Of a stretch of 64,000 bases of DNA, positions 45,201-58,000 are shown in pieces. Under the pieces are notes generated by a model. That model saw nothing but the letters and a program-made list of their open reading frames with translations. It was not told the DNA's origin and made no database searches. This DNA is from Macrostomum lignano. Taxonomy: Eukaryota. The stretch lies in assembly GCA_002269645.1 (NCBI GenBank), contig NIVC01000108.1, positions 496,001-560,000 on the forward strand, written 5' to 3'. A program made the translations under genes and the position numbers. Every line of letters begins with the position of its first letter. The first letter of the stretch is position 1.

Positions 45201-48200
45201 CGCATGCTCGAAAACCGGACACATCGCTGCTGCGTGCAAGGCAGCGCCGCCTGCTCAGCGGGACGAGAGATCGACGGGGCCGCAGCGAGCTTCTAATCGT
45301 CGCGTCGACTCGACCGTCCAAGAGCTGCAGGCGGAGGAGGCAGATGAGGAGGCTTTCTCGCTGCACGTCATGGCCGCCGCCGTAGGCGGCAAGATTCCGC
45401 CAATTAAGACCACCATCGACATCGACGGCACGCCAGTCTGCATGGAGGTCGATACTGGGGCGTCTGTGTCACTCATCTCTGCGAAGACCTACAACGAAGC
45501 ACTACGAGGGCGTCCCAGACTCGAGCGAGTCAACACGCAGCTGCGGACGTACTCCGGAGAGCTGGTGCCCGTTCTCGGCCAACTTCGAGTTCGCGCGCAG
45601 ACCGAGATCGCCAGCAAGGTGCTGCCGCTGCTCGTGATCGATGGTGCCGGCTCGAATCTGGTTGGCCGCGACTGGCTGGCCGAACTTCCGCTGGACTGGC
45701 GAGACATCAAGCAGGTGCAACAGCATCCGTCAGGGCAACCAGGACTCAAGAGCCTGCTGGACAAGTACGCCGAAGTCTTCGAGCCGGGCCTTGGTCGGTA
45801 CACGGGGCCCGCGGTTCGGCTGCAGCTGAAAGCCTCAGCGCGGCCGAGGTTCTTTAAGCCCAGAAACGTCCCGCTTGCGCTAAAGGAGAAGGTCGAGGCG
45901 CAACTTGAAAAAGAGATCGAACAGGGAGTGCTGAAGCCGGTGAGCAGCTCGGACTACGCGTCTCCGATCGTACCCGTTTTAAAGACAGATGGCTCGGTCC
46001 ACATATGCGCTGATTTTAAACAAACGGTGAACCTCGACGTCGAGCCCGACACGTACCCGGTGCCGAGAATCGAGGAGCTCTTCGCGAAACTGGCCGGCGG
46101 AAAGAAATTCACCAAGCTTGACTTGTCGCAAGCGTACTCGCAGCTGCCTCTGGACGAAGCCTCGCAAGAACTCTGCACCATCAACACCAGCAAGGGGCTG
46201 CTGCGGTACACGAGACTGCCGTTCGGAGTTGCTCCCGCTGTCGGCATTTTCCAGCGCCAGATGGACTGCCTCCTGCAGGGCATTCCCCACGTCACCTGCT
46301 TTGTTGACGACCTGCTGGTTACCGGCGTGGATGATGACAGCCACCTGAAGACGCTGGAGCAGGTCCTTCGGCGACTGCAGCAGAGCGGCCTTCGGTGCGG
46401 CCTGAGTAAGTGCAGCTTTATGCAGCAGAGCATCAGCTACCTCGGGCACCGAATCGACGCCGAAGGGCTGCACCCTCTCCAGGACAAGGTGCGGGCGATC
46501 CAGGACGCGCCACCGCCCCGCGACCAGACGCAGCTGCGCAGCTTCCTCGGGCTGGTAAATTATTACGGCAAGTTCATGCCCAATCTGTCAACCGAACTGG
46601 CGCCGCTGAACCAGCTGCTGAACAAGGGCGCCCCCTGGCGATGGGACGCTGTGCAGGACGAGGCGTTTCGCAGGTGCAAGTCGCTACTCAGCCAGGCACC
46701 GGTGCTTGCGCATTTCGACCGTCAGAAGCCGCTGGTGCTCGAGTGCGACGCCTCGCATTATGGCATCGGCGCCGTCATCAGCCACCGAATTGACGGAGTC
46801 GATAGGCCGATCGCCTTCGCCTCTCGCACGCTACATGAAGCAGAGACCCGATACTCCCAGCTCGAGAAGGAGGCGCTCGCGGTCATTTACGGAGTTAAGA
46901 AATTTCACATGTACCTGTTCGGGCGAGACTTCAAGCTGGTGAGCGACCACAAGCCGCTGCTCGGTCTGCTGCACCAGTCCAAGCCGATACCAGCACTGGC
47001 TTCTGGCAGAATCCAGCGGTGGGCGCTGCTCCTGGCCGGCTACCAGTACTCCATGGTCCACCGAGCGGGCAAGTCGCTGCTTCGAGCCGATGCGCTGAGT
47101 CGGCTGCCGCTGCCGGAGAAGCCGAAGGAAGCGCCAACTCCAGCTGAAGTCGTCCTACTCATGGACTTCCTGGACGAGGGACCGGTGACGGCTCGGCACA
47201 TCCGGACGTGGACTCGGACAGACCCGGACTTGTCCCGAGTTCTGCGTTTCACTGAGACCGGCTGCTGGCCAGAGCGGCCGCCGCCTGAGCTGCAGCCGTA
47301 CTGCACGCGAGCCGACCAGCTGAGCACCCAAGACGGCTGTCTGCTCTGGGGCTGCCGAGTCGTAGTTCCCGAGGCCGGTCGGGAGGCGCTGCTGCACTGC
47401 CTGCACCAGGGGCACCAGGGCGCCACGAGAATGAAGGCGCTGGCTCGAAGCGTTTTCTGGTGGCCCAAGCTGGACGAGGCGATCGAGCGGCTGGTCGCCG
47501 CGTGCACCGAGTGCCAGGAGATGCAGAAGTCGCCAGGTCCGTTTCCACTGCAGCCGTGGGCGTGGCCGGACAAGCCGTGGTCGCGCCTGCACATTGACTA
47601 CGCCGGGCCAGTCCAGGGCCAGATGTTGCTGGTTGTCGTGGACGCTCACTCCAAGTGGATGGACGTGCATGTGATGCCTTCGACGTCGTCGACTGCGACT
47701 ATCGAGAAGCTGCGGTCGAGCTTTGCAACTCACGGTCTGCCGGACGTGATCGTCTCCGACAACGGTCCGAACCTGGTCAGCGCGGAGATGGAGACATTCC
47801 TGAGCAAGAACGGCATCCGGCATGTGCGCACGGCTCCGTACCACCCGGCGTCCAACGGCCAAGCAGAGCGAGCAGTTCAGACTCTGAAGCGTGCGCTGGC
47901 CAAGCAGCGAAGCGGCTCTCTGGAGGAGCGAGTCTCCCGGTTCCTCCTGACGTACCGAGTCACGCCGCATGCGACTACCGGGACGGCTCCCTGCGAGCTG
48001 CTGATGGGGGGGGAGGCTGAAATCGTTGCTCGACCGAGTCCGCCCTGACCTGCCCGCCCGGGTGGCCGTCCAGCAGGCACTGCAGAAGGAGCAGCACGAT
48101 GCCCACGCGCACGACCGCCGCATTAATGTCGGCGACTCGGTGCTGGCGCGAGACTTCGCGAGAGACGGACGCTGGAGACCGGCGACAGTCACGGACAGTT

Positions 48201-49727
48201 CTGGTGCGGCCGACTTCACGTGCCGGTTCGATGACGGCAGAGACGCACACAGGCACGTGGACCAGCTGCGCAAGCCGGCCGCGGTCAGTCAGCTTCCGAC
48301 CGAGCCGGCGGTACCAGCGGCAGCGGTGCCGCAGTGCGATGCGGTGCCGAAGGGCGCATCCGAAGTTTTTGCTGACGGCGTTGCTACTGAGGCTGCGGCG
48401 GAGCCTGACGCCATGCCGCAGCTTCGCCGTTCGATGAGGAAGTGCGCTGCACCTGAGCGACTGACTTACAGCTGAAGTAACTGTTGTTGATGAACTCGAT
48501 TTTAGTACCTTAGTTGTGTTGCTCGCTTCAATATTTTTTTTTAATTATTACTAATAGTGTTAATTTTTGTTAATCTTACTTTAATACTTAAGTGCGAAGG
48601 GATGTGATGACTTGATATTGAGAGTTTGCATTTGCGGTTTTGGGGTTGGCCTGCGCTGGGGGGTTGGAAGGCACGCTCAAGTTGCCTTTTAATTTATCGA
48701 TTGTAATGTACGCACGTACTTTGTGCATGCCTAATATTAAAATATATATATCGACTGATTCTGGCTTTTGAGCCCTCGTGTTTTTGTTATCGTCCGCCAA
48801 ATATTGCAATCGTTGACTCTGTTAAAATTTCCATTCCATTTCCATTCCATTTCCATTCCATTTCCATTCCATTTCCATTCCATTTCCATTCCATTTCCAT
48901 TCCATTTCCATTCCATTTCCATTCCATTTCCATTCCATTTCCATTCCATTTCCATTCCATTTCCATTCCATTTCCATATTAATAGTGTGAATCTTGAAGT
49001 GGAAAACTAAAATGCTCACCTTCTCTTTGTCCTTCCTCCTGTCTCTGTTCCAGTCTTTGTCGTCGCCCCGGTCTCCGCTGCCTCCCGAAGAGCTGCGGCG
49101 CGGCCGCGGCTTGGGCGAGGTCGACGCTTCCCGCTCGTCCCGCCTGGCTGCCTGCCGGGCCGCCGGCTCCGGCCGGGAGGACGAGGCGGGCGAGCGGCCG
49201 GCGGGCGAGCGGCCGGCGGGCGAGCGGCGCCCCCTGGCCGAATCGGCGCCTCCGTCGGCCGGCGTCGGCTCGTCGAAGCTGGACAGCCGCGACCGGCCGG
49301 CCGGCTCGGGCGACTTGCCCGGCCTCTTGGTCTTCAGCAGCGGCGACTTCGAGCGAAACGAAGACGAGTCGCGGCTGCGGCCGCTGGCGCCCGCTTCTTC
49401 GTCGATCTCCTCTTCGATGTCGGAGCCGCGGCTGGCTAGCGAGGCTCGCTTCGGCTGCGGCGGCTGCCAGCCGAGCGCGGCGGCCGCGGCGGAGGGACCG
49501 GCCGCTGTTCGCGAATCCGGACTCCGACGGGCCGCCCGCTGTCGGGCCGCTTGCTGCTCAACGCCGACGCCGCGCGGGCGCGAACCAGTGTTCTCGTCGT
49601 CTGAGCGGCCGATGCCGAAGTCCTCATCCGAGTCGGACAGCGCAGGCCCACCGCGGCTGCGCCGGCGCGGCTGCGGTGCCGCTGAGTCGCCGCCGCTCGG
49701 CCGCGAACTCTTCAGGTATTTCGACAT
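39285..49727 (-). CDS. MAP9: MAP9 (ASAP)-like microtubule-associated protein, 5 exons, ~774 aa
   Basis: Exons 49020-49727, 43318-44040, 42797-42977, 42173-42426, 39285-39743; all GT-AG and phase-consistent. C-terminal TIRQSVFADW..KAAFESW..AAFAKW..VEKW..AFLEW spacing resembles the MAP9 C-terminal helix (NIRAAVYQEW..ASFEAW..QAFEKW..AVEKW..EYEKW). Low-complexity N-terminus. Confidence 0.7.
39866..42122. repeat. Intronic minisatellite, 20-bp unit CACCCCATCCAG(G/A)CCTCAG(G/A)
   Basis: About 2.25-kb array filling MAP9-like intron 4. Confidence 0.97.
42478..42760. repeat. Intronic minisatellite, 21-bp unit GATTTGAGGAGTCTCAAGTGA
   Basis: Array in MAP9-like intron 3. Confidence 0.9.
43025..43312. 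repeat. Intronic minisatellite, ~21-bp unit CCTCAGCCACCCTTACCCATG
   Basis: Array in MAP9-like intron 2. Confidence 0.9.
44060..44298. repeat. 11-bp satellite (CCATTTCCATT)n, left half
   Basis: Perfect array that continues at 48827-48976 beyond the Gypsy insertion. Confidence 0.97.
44299..48826 (+). mobile_element. Ty3/Gypsy LTR retrotransposon 2, nearly intact, antisense in MAP9-like intron 1
   Basis: 224-bp LTRs at 44299-44522 and 48603-48826 (2 mismatches). ATTTC TSD at 44294-44298 and 48827-48831. PBS TGGCGACGAGG at 44524, matching the familiar tRNA-Ser(GCU) 3' end. Single gag-pol ORF. Confidence 0.97.
44536..48475 (+). CDS. Gag-Pol polyprotein of Gypsy element 2 (one indel in the G-run near 48006-48013)
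   Basis: Two CCHC knuckles (CYRCLSQRHLAAKC, CYACSKTGHIAAAC), VDTGASVSLI protease, FVDDLLV RT, CDASHYGIGAV RNase H, HQGHQG..CTEC/HIDYAGP/SDNGP integrase. The C-terminus continues in ORF 48026..48475. Confidence 0.96.
48827..48976. repeat. 11-bp satellite (CCATTTCCATT)n, right half
   Basis: Same array as 44060-44298. Confidence 0.97.
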
Positions 49728-51759
49728 GGAGCTCGAGCTGTTTGTCAAAAAGGCTGAAAATCGAGCGACGATTTTTATATGCAAAATGGGACACTCTAAA
49801 CTGAGAAATTTTATGGGTTTTTTGGATTTTTTAGCAAATCAAATAAGTCTTGAAGCTATTATAAAGTTTTTGAGCTTCAATGATACAATATATGTCAAAC
49901 TAATTTAATTTTTGGCTGGAATCATTGCAGCTCCGTTTCCATTTATTAGAAAAATGAAAATAATAGTTTCTACAAACAATTTTCTATTTTACTAACAATT
50001 TATAGTTGAAGCATTCGCTTAGCGCCAGTTGATGCCTTTTTAGGATTAACTGGGATACATGATATAAATATTTCCATAAATACATTTTGATTCACTCGAG
50101 GTAAAAATTCAATAAAAATCTGGGTATAAAAAGTTATTAATCTCGAGGACTGTTTCAAAAAATTTCATTAATCCAAAAAACCTATTTCAGTAATTGTAGG
50201 TACAATCCAATCTACAATTAAGCTAAAATATCAATTATGGATTATCAAGCCAAAATAGTCATAAGTTTGGTTTAGGAACAAAATTTGATGCATTTCTAGG
50301 CAAAATGAATTCATTAAAGCCCTTGTTTAATTAATAACTAAAATTGCCAGAATAGCTATCTATAATAATTTTATGGCTCTGTGTTTCTATTTTGATAATA
50401 CTTAAAGTACGATGAACATAAACTCATGCTCGTTACACAAATTTTACGTTCCATTATTGATTTGGTCGCACTAATACCAAAATCGAGAACGACCGTATAT
50501 TCTAAAACAGATTGATTTCAAACTATAGGATATTTTAGGTATACAAATGCAATCTATGCAAATAGGAGAGCTGCTAGCCTAGACTAGAGGAATGTAGCTG
50601 AAGAAATGTATTAAGAGAAGTAATTTGTTCTGGAATCGGGAAGTTATATTTTGCTGTTGTATACATGATTTAGGACGTAGTCATGCTAACCAGTTAGAGT
50701 TTATCAGTTGAACAGAAACAAAAAATGCAAACGTTATTTTTCATTTCAGAAAAGTAAGATAGATAAAACTAAACTGTTTTAGCTTTGTTTTAACTGTTTA
50801 ATTTCTTTTATAAAAACAAAATGTATCGCAAAACACTAACGGATAGTAGTAGGCAACACTTTTATACTGACAGTTTAATAAACTATGTTTATTATTATTG
50901 TTTTTAAAAAGAAATTAGCAATCAAAAAAATGTATACCTTGGTACGCATGCAACATTTAACTGGTTCAAACTACGATAATTTTTCATTCATACGCGTTTG
51001 TCGGTGACAAAAACTCATTGACTGTTTTTTTAGTTTTCTTTAAAAAGCATCAGTAATATATAGCTTTTCATGATGTTAAGCTTATGCCTTATAAAAGTAG
51101 TCCGGTAGAATTAGGATGAAAAAGTGTTTACACAATTTTTAATACGTTACAACTTACAAATAAAAGTAGGAAATGTTATGTAACAGAAAATATCAATTTG
51201 AGTTGATGATGTTGAATTGGTGTATAAATTCTAGCAATCATTTCTAGTTCGTGGCAGGTCTATTTCATTTTTTATATATCTGATTTCAAGGGAAGAAAGA
51301 GTAAACACTTATATAAAACGCGTTTGTCCAGTATATTTTTTTCTATATAATATATTTCTGTTCATTCGAAATAATAATTTTAGATTTTAATTAAATAATA
51401 ATATTTTTGATACTTGATGAATATCTATATAAAAGAGAGCATTGAAAAGGTTAGTTTAAAGAGATGACAAGAGTTAATGCTTCTGACCTTTTTTATCTTG
51501 CTAACGAAAGTATGGTAGAAAGGATACTTTTCAAGGAATTTTGGCCTTTTTATAAGTAGGTAATAATGAAGTTATTGAACTTTTTACGCAAAATTCTACG
51601 TATTCAACTTCATTATAATATCTAGCTGAGTCACTTGCCTCAGAAGAGTTCTAAACAGACAAATTTTATTAAATAATTATATGTTTTGAACTTTACAGTC
51701 AGCTGAACAGAGTAAGTAAGTTTTGAGTAGTTTTAAAAGTATAATTTACTTTTACTTTT

Positions 51760-51800
51760 TAAGAGGGTGATAGAGTGTGAGTCACCCTATCACCCTCTTA
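51760..51800. other. Palindrome/hairpin with 14-bp arms TAAGAGGGTGATAG / CTATCACCCTCTTA around a TGAGTCA core
   Basis: Arms at 51760-51773 and 51787-51800. Bases 51777-51800 are identical to 52508-52531. Confidence 0.85.
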
Positions 51801-52004
51801 TTTTTTAAAATTCAATATAAGTTAGATTAGTCTAAGTTGATCAGCCCTTTCTACATAGTTTTGCATAAGATGTATTGGGCTTTCAAATTGGGTGTGAATC
51901 GGGTATATGCCCTCTTTGATTATGCAGCATAAAAATTCTCATCCATTTTGTGTGGTCGCCGAAGCCCGCCAAAAGCATGAGTCAGCAAATTCCGTCCCGC
52001 AGCC

Positions 52005-55000
52005 ATGTCCTACCCGCCAAGGCCGCCAGCCAATCAGCGAGCAGGCCGCACCGGCCGCGCTGCCGTGACCGCAAACGGGAACCGCACCGCCCGCATCGAC
52101 ATGCACGGCAGCTTTGAGTTCGACTTCAACGAGTCGGGCGGCGTCACTCGGAGCCTGCAACTCGGTGAGGTTTCAATCTATCTCACCTTTGATTAACTAC
52201 TTTTGACAATCAGTAGTTAAAACGAGAGGCTCGAACTCTCCCCTCCCTTATTCCAGAGAGTTTGGACAACCGACTCCGACAGAAGAGAGTCAACGACGAA
52301 ATGGTCTCGGATTCTGAGGTTGGGCTCCAATTCCTGTGATGATTGTACTTGTGTTTGTACTTTTAGCTTTACAAGACAAATGCTTTTGTTGCTTTCAATC
52401 CCCCTCCAGATCGAGTACATGGTCCGTGAAAAGCTGCGCAGGGAGCAGTTCGCCATTGAGAGCATGTTCAAGGCCTCGGACCCTGCCAGGAATGGCCGCG
52501 TGCACCGGTGAGTCACCCTATCACCCTCTTACCTTCTCAACCTCTCACTCTCTCACCCTCTCACCCTCTCAAGCCTCTCATCATCTGAGACTCAAGCACC
52601 CTCTATGACTTAAACGCCATCTATGACTCAAACACCATCTATGACTCAAGCACCGTCTATGACTCAAACACCATCTATGACTCAAGCACCGTCTATGACT
52701 CAAACACCATCTATGACTCAAGCACCGTCTATGACTCAAACACCATCTATGACTCAAGCACCGTCTATGACTCAAACACCATCTATGACTCAAGCACCGT
52801 CTATAAATCAAACAAAAAATCTTACAGCAACGGCCTGCTGAAAATCCTGAACACGGTGTGCGGCCACATCCGCATCGACCAGTTCCACCGGCTGCTGGAC
52901 CGACTCGGTCTTGACGAGCAGCAGACGGTGTCGTTCGGTGAATTCAAAGCCGCCTGCGGCAGGCTCGACCGTCTCCAGCAGCGCCAGACTGCCGAGCGCG
53001 ATGGCGCCCTGCTCAAACCGATCGGCGCCGCGCGCGTTTTTTCGCTGCTCAGACAGGAGGCCCAGGCGGGCGGATTCGATCCCCGGGACCTGCTGCCCGA
53101 GGCCTGCTTCGAGCCCGGCGGCCTGGTGCTCAAGCCGCAGCTGTGGCGAGCGCTGCGCCACGGCCTCGGGGTGCCCATGGCTGCCTCCGAGTTTGACAAG
53201 TTCTGGGACAGGTGAGACCGGGGCCTGGAAGTCAGAGGTTGGTTGGTGTGTCAGGAATTCGACAGGTGTGTCAGAGATTCGACAGGTGTGTCAGGATTCA
53301 ACAGATGTGTCAGATATTCGACAGATGTGTCAGGGATTCGAAAAAATGTGTCAGGGATTCGACAGGTGTGTCAGTGATTCGATAGGTGCGTCAAAGATTC
53401 GATAGGTGTGTCAAAGATTCGATAGGTGTGTCAAAGATGTGTCAGAGATTCGAAAGATATGTCAGGGATTCGACAGGTGTGTCAGTGATTCGACAGGTGT
53501 GTCAGGGATTCGATAGGTGTGTCAAAGATTCGACAGGTATGTCAAAGATTCGACAGGTGTGTCAGTGATTCGATAGGTGCGTCAAAGATTCGATAGGTGT
53601 GTCAAAGATTCGACAGGTGTATCAGTGATTCGACAGGTGTGTCAGCGGTGTGACAGGGGTGTGGGTATGTATAAAATTGTCAGTTGGTATGTATTTTTAT
53701 CTGAGAGATTTATTTAGATATGTCAGAAAGGTTTATAAGTAGTCAGAGGTTAAAATCGGGTTCTAAAATGTAGTCTGAAAGTTCGTCACCTGAACTTTCC
53801 CAGACGTCCATCAGAATTCAGGGACACCATAAACTTCTCCTTGCTTTAACTTCGGTGAGCTGAACCTGCTGAACCAAAACAAAAAATCACATTGCAAAAA
53901 TTTCTCACACTGACTTCCTCTGAGTGTGCCGTGCCGTGCAGACACTGGGGAGTGGCTGGCCGTTGCACCTGGGAGATCACATGACCCGCTTCCCCTGCCA
54001 ACTCAGAATCGACACGCAGGGCACGGGGGCGGTAAGCACCTACCAGCTGCTCGGGATGCTGGGCCTCAGCGCCAAGCAGTTCATGCTGGAGGCGCAGCCG
54101 GCCGCGCCAGTCCGCTCCCGGACGGTGCCCGCCATGCAGACTTCCAGGCGCGCCGGCCAGCGCGACCTCGGCGGCACGGGGGCTGCGGCGACAAAGAACG
54201 AAGCCAACGTGAACGTTGAGGTGAGTAATCTGCACTCATTCGAGTAGCGAACTACTGGCATTACGAGGAAACTCATTTTCCAAATTGAAACCGCCTTCAA
54301 ATCCTCTTCTGCAGGTCATTTTCAACATCTTTCGCGACAACATTGTTCAGCAGGTGAGCCTGAGTCGCTTTATTACTGGCATGCCTGAATTGCTACTTTG
54401 AGTAGGCAGATGGCAAAAAACTTCGTATTTTTTACTTTAATTTGTAGTTTGCTGCTGCCTAAAGTTTCAATACTAATATTACACTCGCTCTACTATCAGT
54501 AAAATGAGCGCGTATCGTTTTTTAACGACAGGACGACGCCGCTGCGCTGCGGAAGCCGCCAACGCCGGCCAGCAGCCGCCGGGAGGCGGAACTCGCCGAT
54601 TACGCCGAGGAGCTGCGCTACCTGCGGCGCTACGAGATGCTGCGGCAGAGGCGACCGCTGTTTGAGCACTTCATGGATAACCTGTTCTACATTGTGAGTG
54701 GCTTTGATTGGTTCAGGGATTGGATTGGTTTAAGGATTTGAGTGGCTCAGAGATTTGATTGGCTCAGGGATTTGATTGGTTCAGGGATTCGATTGGTTCA
54801 GGATTTGATTGGTTCAGGGATTTGCTTGGTTCAGGGATTTGATTGGTTCAGGGATTTGATTGGTTGAGAGATTTGATTGGCTCAGAATCTGTTGCATAAA
54901 TCTACAAGGCTACTGGCAGTAGACGTCGCAGCGCACGATTTCTGGAACTTTCCCTTTCAGTTTGACGAGGCCTACAACGCCATGCTGGTGACCTTCAGGC

Positions 55001-58000
55001 ACTGCGACGCGCTGCAAGACGGATACGCCTCGCTGACGACCTTCCAGAGCATCTTGCAGCAGTTCGGATTCGAGACCCGGACCTCGGACCTGGAGCAGTT
55101 TCTGCAGAGGTTCAGCATGCGATCAGCCAGGGGCACCCTGAGCTACACGGAGCTGCTGGACCGCCTCAACGCCAGGGGCCCCAACTCGCTGCTGCACAAA
55201 TACCTGCTGTCTGACAGGTCGCCTGTGGGGTGAGCACAGGGGTTTGAGCCTGCTGAGATGGGACTGGCTGAGATGGGACTGGCTGAGATGGGACTGACTA
55301 AGATAAGACTGGCTGAGATGGGACTGGCTTAGATAAAATTGGCTGAGATGGGACTGGCTTAGATAAAATTGGCTGAGATGGGACTGGCTTAGATAGAATT
55401 GGTTGAGATGGGACTGGCTTAGAATTGACTGAGATGGACTGGCTGAGATTGGACTGGCTGAGACGGGACTCAAAGATCCGCGACCCACACTCCAGCCTGG
55501 ACGAGACCTTCACCCCCAGCAGCGCGCCGCTGACGCCCTACCAGCTGGAGCTGCAGCTGCTGCGGTTTTTCCACCGGGACTACCTGCAGATGTACTTCGG
55601 ATTCCTGTGAGCACTTTTTTGATTATATAGGTTATTTTCGGCCTTCAAAAATATCCTGACACCCCGGCTCCCCGCTCGTGTCCGCAGTCGTCACGACCAG
55701 AAAAAGTCGGGCATCATCACTGAGGCCGCCTTCCGCTCGGTGCTTCGGCGGCTGCTGCCCGAAGACGAACTCGGCGATGCTCAGCTGGACGAAGTGCTGG
55801 CCAAGATTTCCAGGAATCGCAGCGGTGCCGTGCCGTACAGGGCCTTCCTGGAGCTGTTCCACATTTCGTGAGCTGGGGTTCCGGTTGGGAACTAGATCTA
55901 GCTGCAGATCTAAATGAGGAACTAGATCTAGCTGTCGATCTAAATGAGGAACTAGATCTAGCTGTCGATCTAAATGAGGAACTAGATCTTGCTGTCGATC
56001 TAAATGAGGAACTAGATCTAGCTGTCGATCTAAATGAGGAACTAGATCTTGCTGTCGATCTAAATGAGGAACTAGATCTAGCTGCAGATCTAAATGAGGA
56101 ACTAGATCTAGCTGTAGATCCCAATGAGGAACTAGATCTAGCTGCAGATCTAAATGAGGAACTAGATCTAGCTGCAGATCTAAATGAGGAACATGATCTA
56201 GCTGTAGATCCCAATGAGGAACTAGATCTAGCTGCAGATCTAAATGAGGAACTAGATCTAGCTGTAGATCTAAATGAGGAACTTGATCTAGCTGTAGATC
56301 CGAAACTCGGAAGTAGATCCGGCATCCCTGTCGCCCGCCTCCCGCAGGCCGAACTCCTGGAACCGGGATGCCGCAGCCGGTCGAGTCCGCATCTCGCGGC
56401 CGCCCACGCCGCTCCGCCCGCAGTCGGCTTCCGTGTCGGCAGGCGCCGCCGCCGCCGCCCTCGAGGAGCTGCGGCTGTCCAGAGCGGCGCAGGAGGAAGC
56501 GGCGACAGCGCAGGACCGTCTGGCGACCCGGCGGGGTGACCGACCGGTCAGTGAGACCAGCCTGCTGGTGGAGGACGCCCTGCGTCACCGGTTCCACCAG
56601 GTGGACAAGCTGTACAAGCAGATGGACCGGCGGAACACGGGCCGGCTGAGCAAGGCTCAGTTCCGGAGCCTGCTGGGCGCGTGAGTGACAGTTCTGGGAT
56701 TTGCGGGATGAGTCACTCTATGATGCGATTGATGAGTCACTCTATGATGCGATTGATGAGTCACTCTATGATGCGATGGATGAGTCACTCTATGATGCAA
56801 TGGATGAGTCACTCTATGATGCGATGGATGAGTCACTCTATGATGCGATGGATGAGTCACTCTATGATGCGATGGATGAGTCACTCTATGATGCGATGGA
56901 TGAGTCACTCTATGATGCGATGGATGAGTCACTCTGTTGTCCGGTTCATGGAGTCACTTTATAATGCGATTGATGAGTCACTCTATGATGCAATTGATGA
57001 GTCATTCTATGATGCGATTGTTGAGTCACTCTATGATGCGATTGATGAGTCATTCTATGATGCGATTGTTGAGTCACTCTATGATGCGATTGATGAGTCA
57101 CTCTGTTGTCCGGTTCATGGAGTCACTTTATGATACAATTGATGAGTCACTCTATGGTGCGATTGATAAGTCACTCTATGATGCGCTTAATAAATTATTC
57201 TACCAACCAAAGTGAGTCACTTAGCCTCAACTCTTCCCCGAACTTTCAGAGCCAGCGTGACCCTGACAGACTCGGAGCTGGACACCCTGTGGTCCACGCT
57301 GGACACTGACGCTCAGGGCGGCTGGACTTACAGGCAGATGGTGCGCTACTTCATGACTAACCTGCACGAGCGAACGCAGGAGCGGCTTCGGACTACCAAC
57401 GGTGGCAGAAACGGGTGGCGCTGTGAGTTTCCAGTGTATGACGTCATCCCGCATCATCCAATCAGAGTTTGCCAAGAGCTAAAAGGCTGTCTGCCCCTGT
57501 ATCCCATATCAGCCAATCAGAGATCGCCAACAGCTAAAAGGCTCTCTGCCCCTGTATTCCATATCAGCCTATCAGAGATCCCCAAAAGCTAAAAGGCTCT
57601 CTGCACCTGTATCCCATATCAGCCAATCAGAGATTCCCAAGAGCTAAAAGGCTCTTTGCCCCTGTATCCCATATCAGCCAATCAGAGATCGCCAAGGGCT
57701 AAAAGTTTATCTGCGTACTTCAACCAATAAGAAGCCGATCGGTGCGAACTAATTTCCAAAATGAGAACTCTTTCTCTTTCTCTGCAGGTCAAACCGCCGA
57801 CCCCAACGTGACCCGCCTCAGGCAGTGGCGGGCAGCCAATCAGCAGCGAGCCACGCAGCCGTCGCGGGCCCAGCCGGCCGCTCGCTTGTCGACACCCCAG
57901 GAGGTTGTCGATCTGCGAGCCGACGCCCTGATTGACAAGTGCCGCCTGGTGGTCGTGGAAAACTGGGACGAGCTGAAGCGAGTGCTGAGGCACCTCGATC

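Noticed and set aside
44897-48273. Many overlapping alternative-frame and antisense ORFs in Gypsy 2 and in GC-rich exons
   Set aside because: Expected shadow ORFs of GC-rich coding sequence, with no independent motifs.
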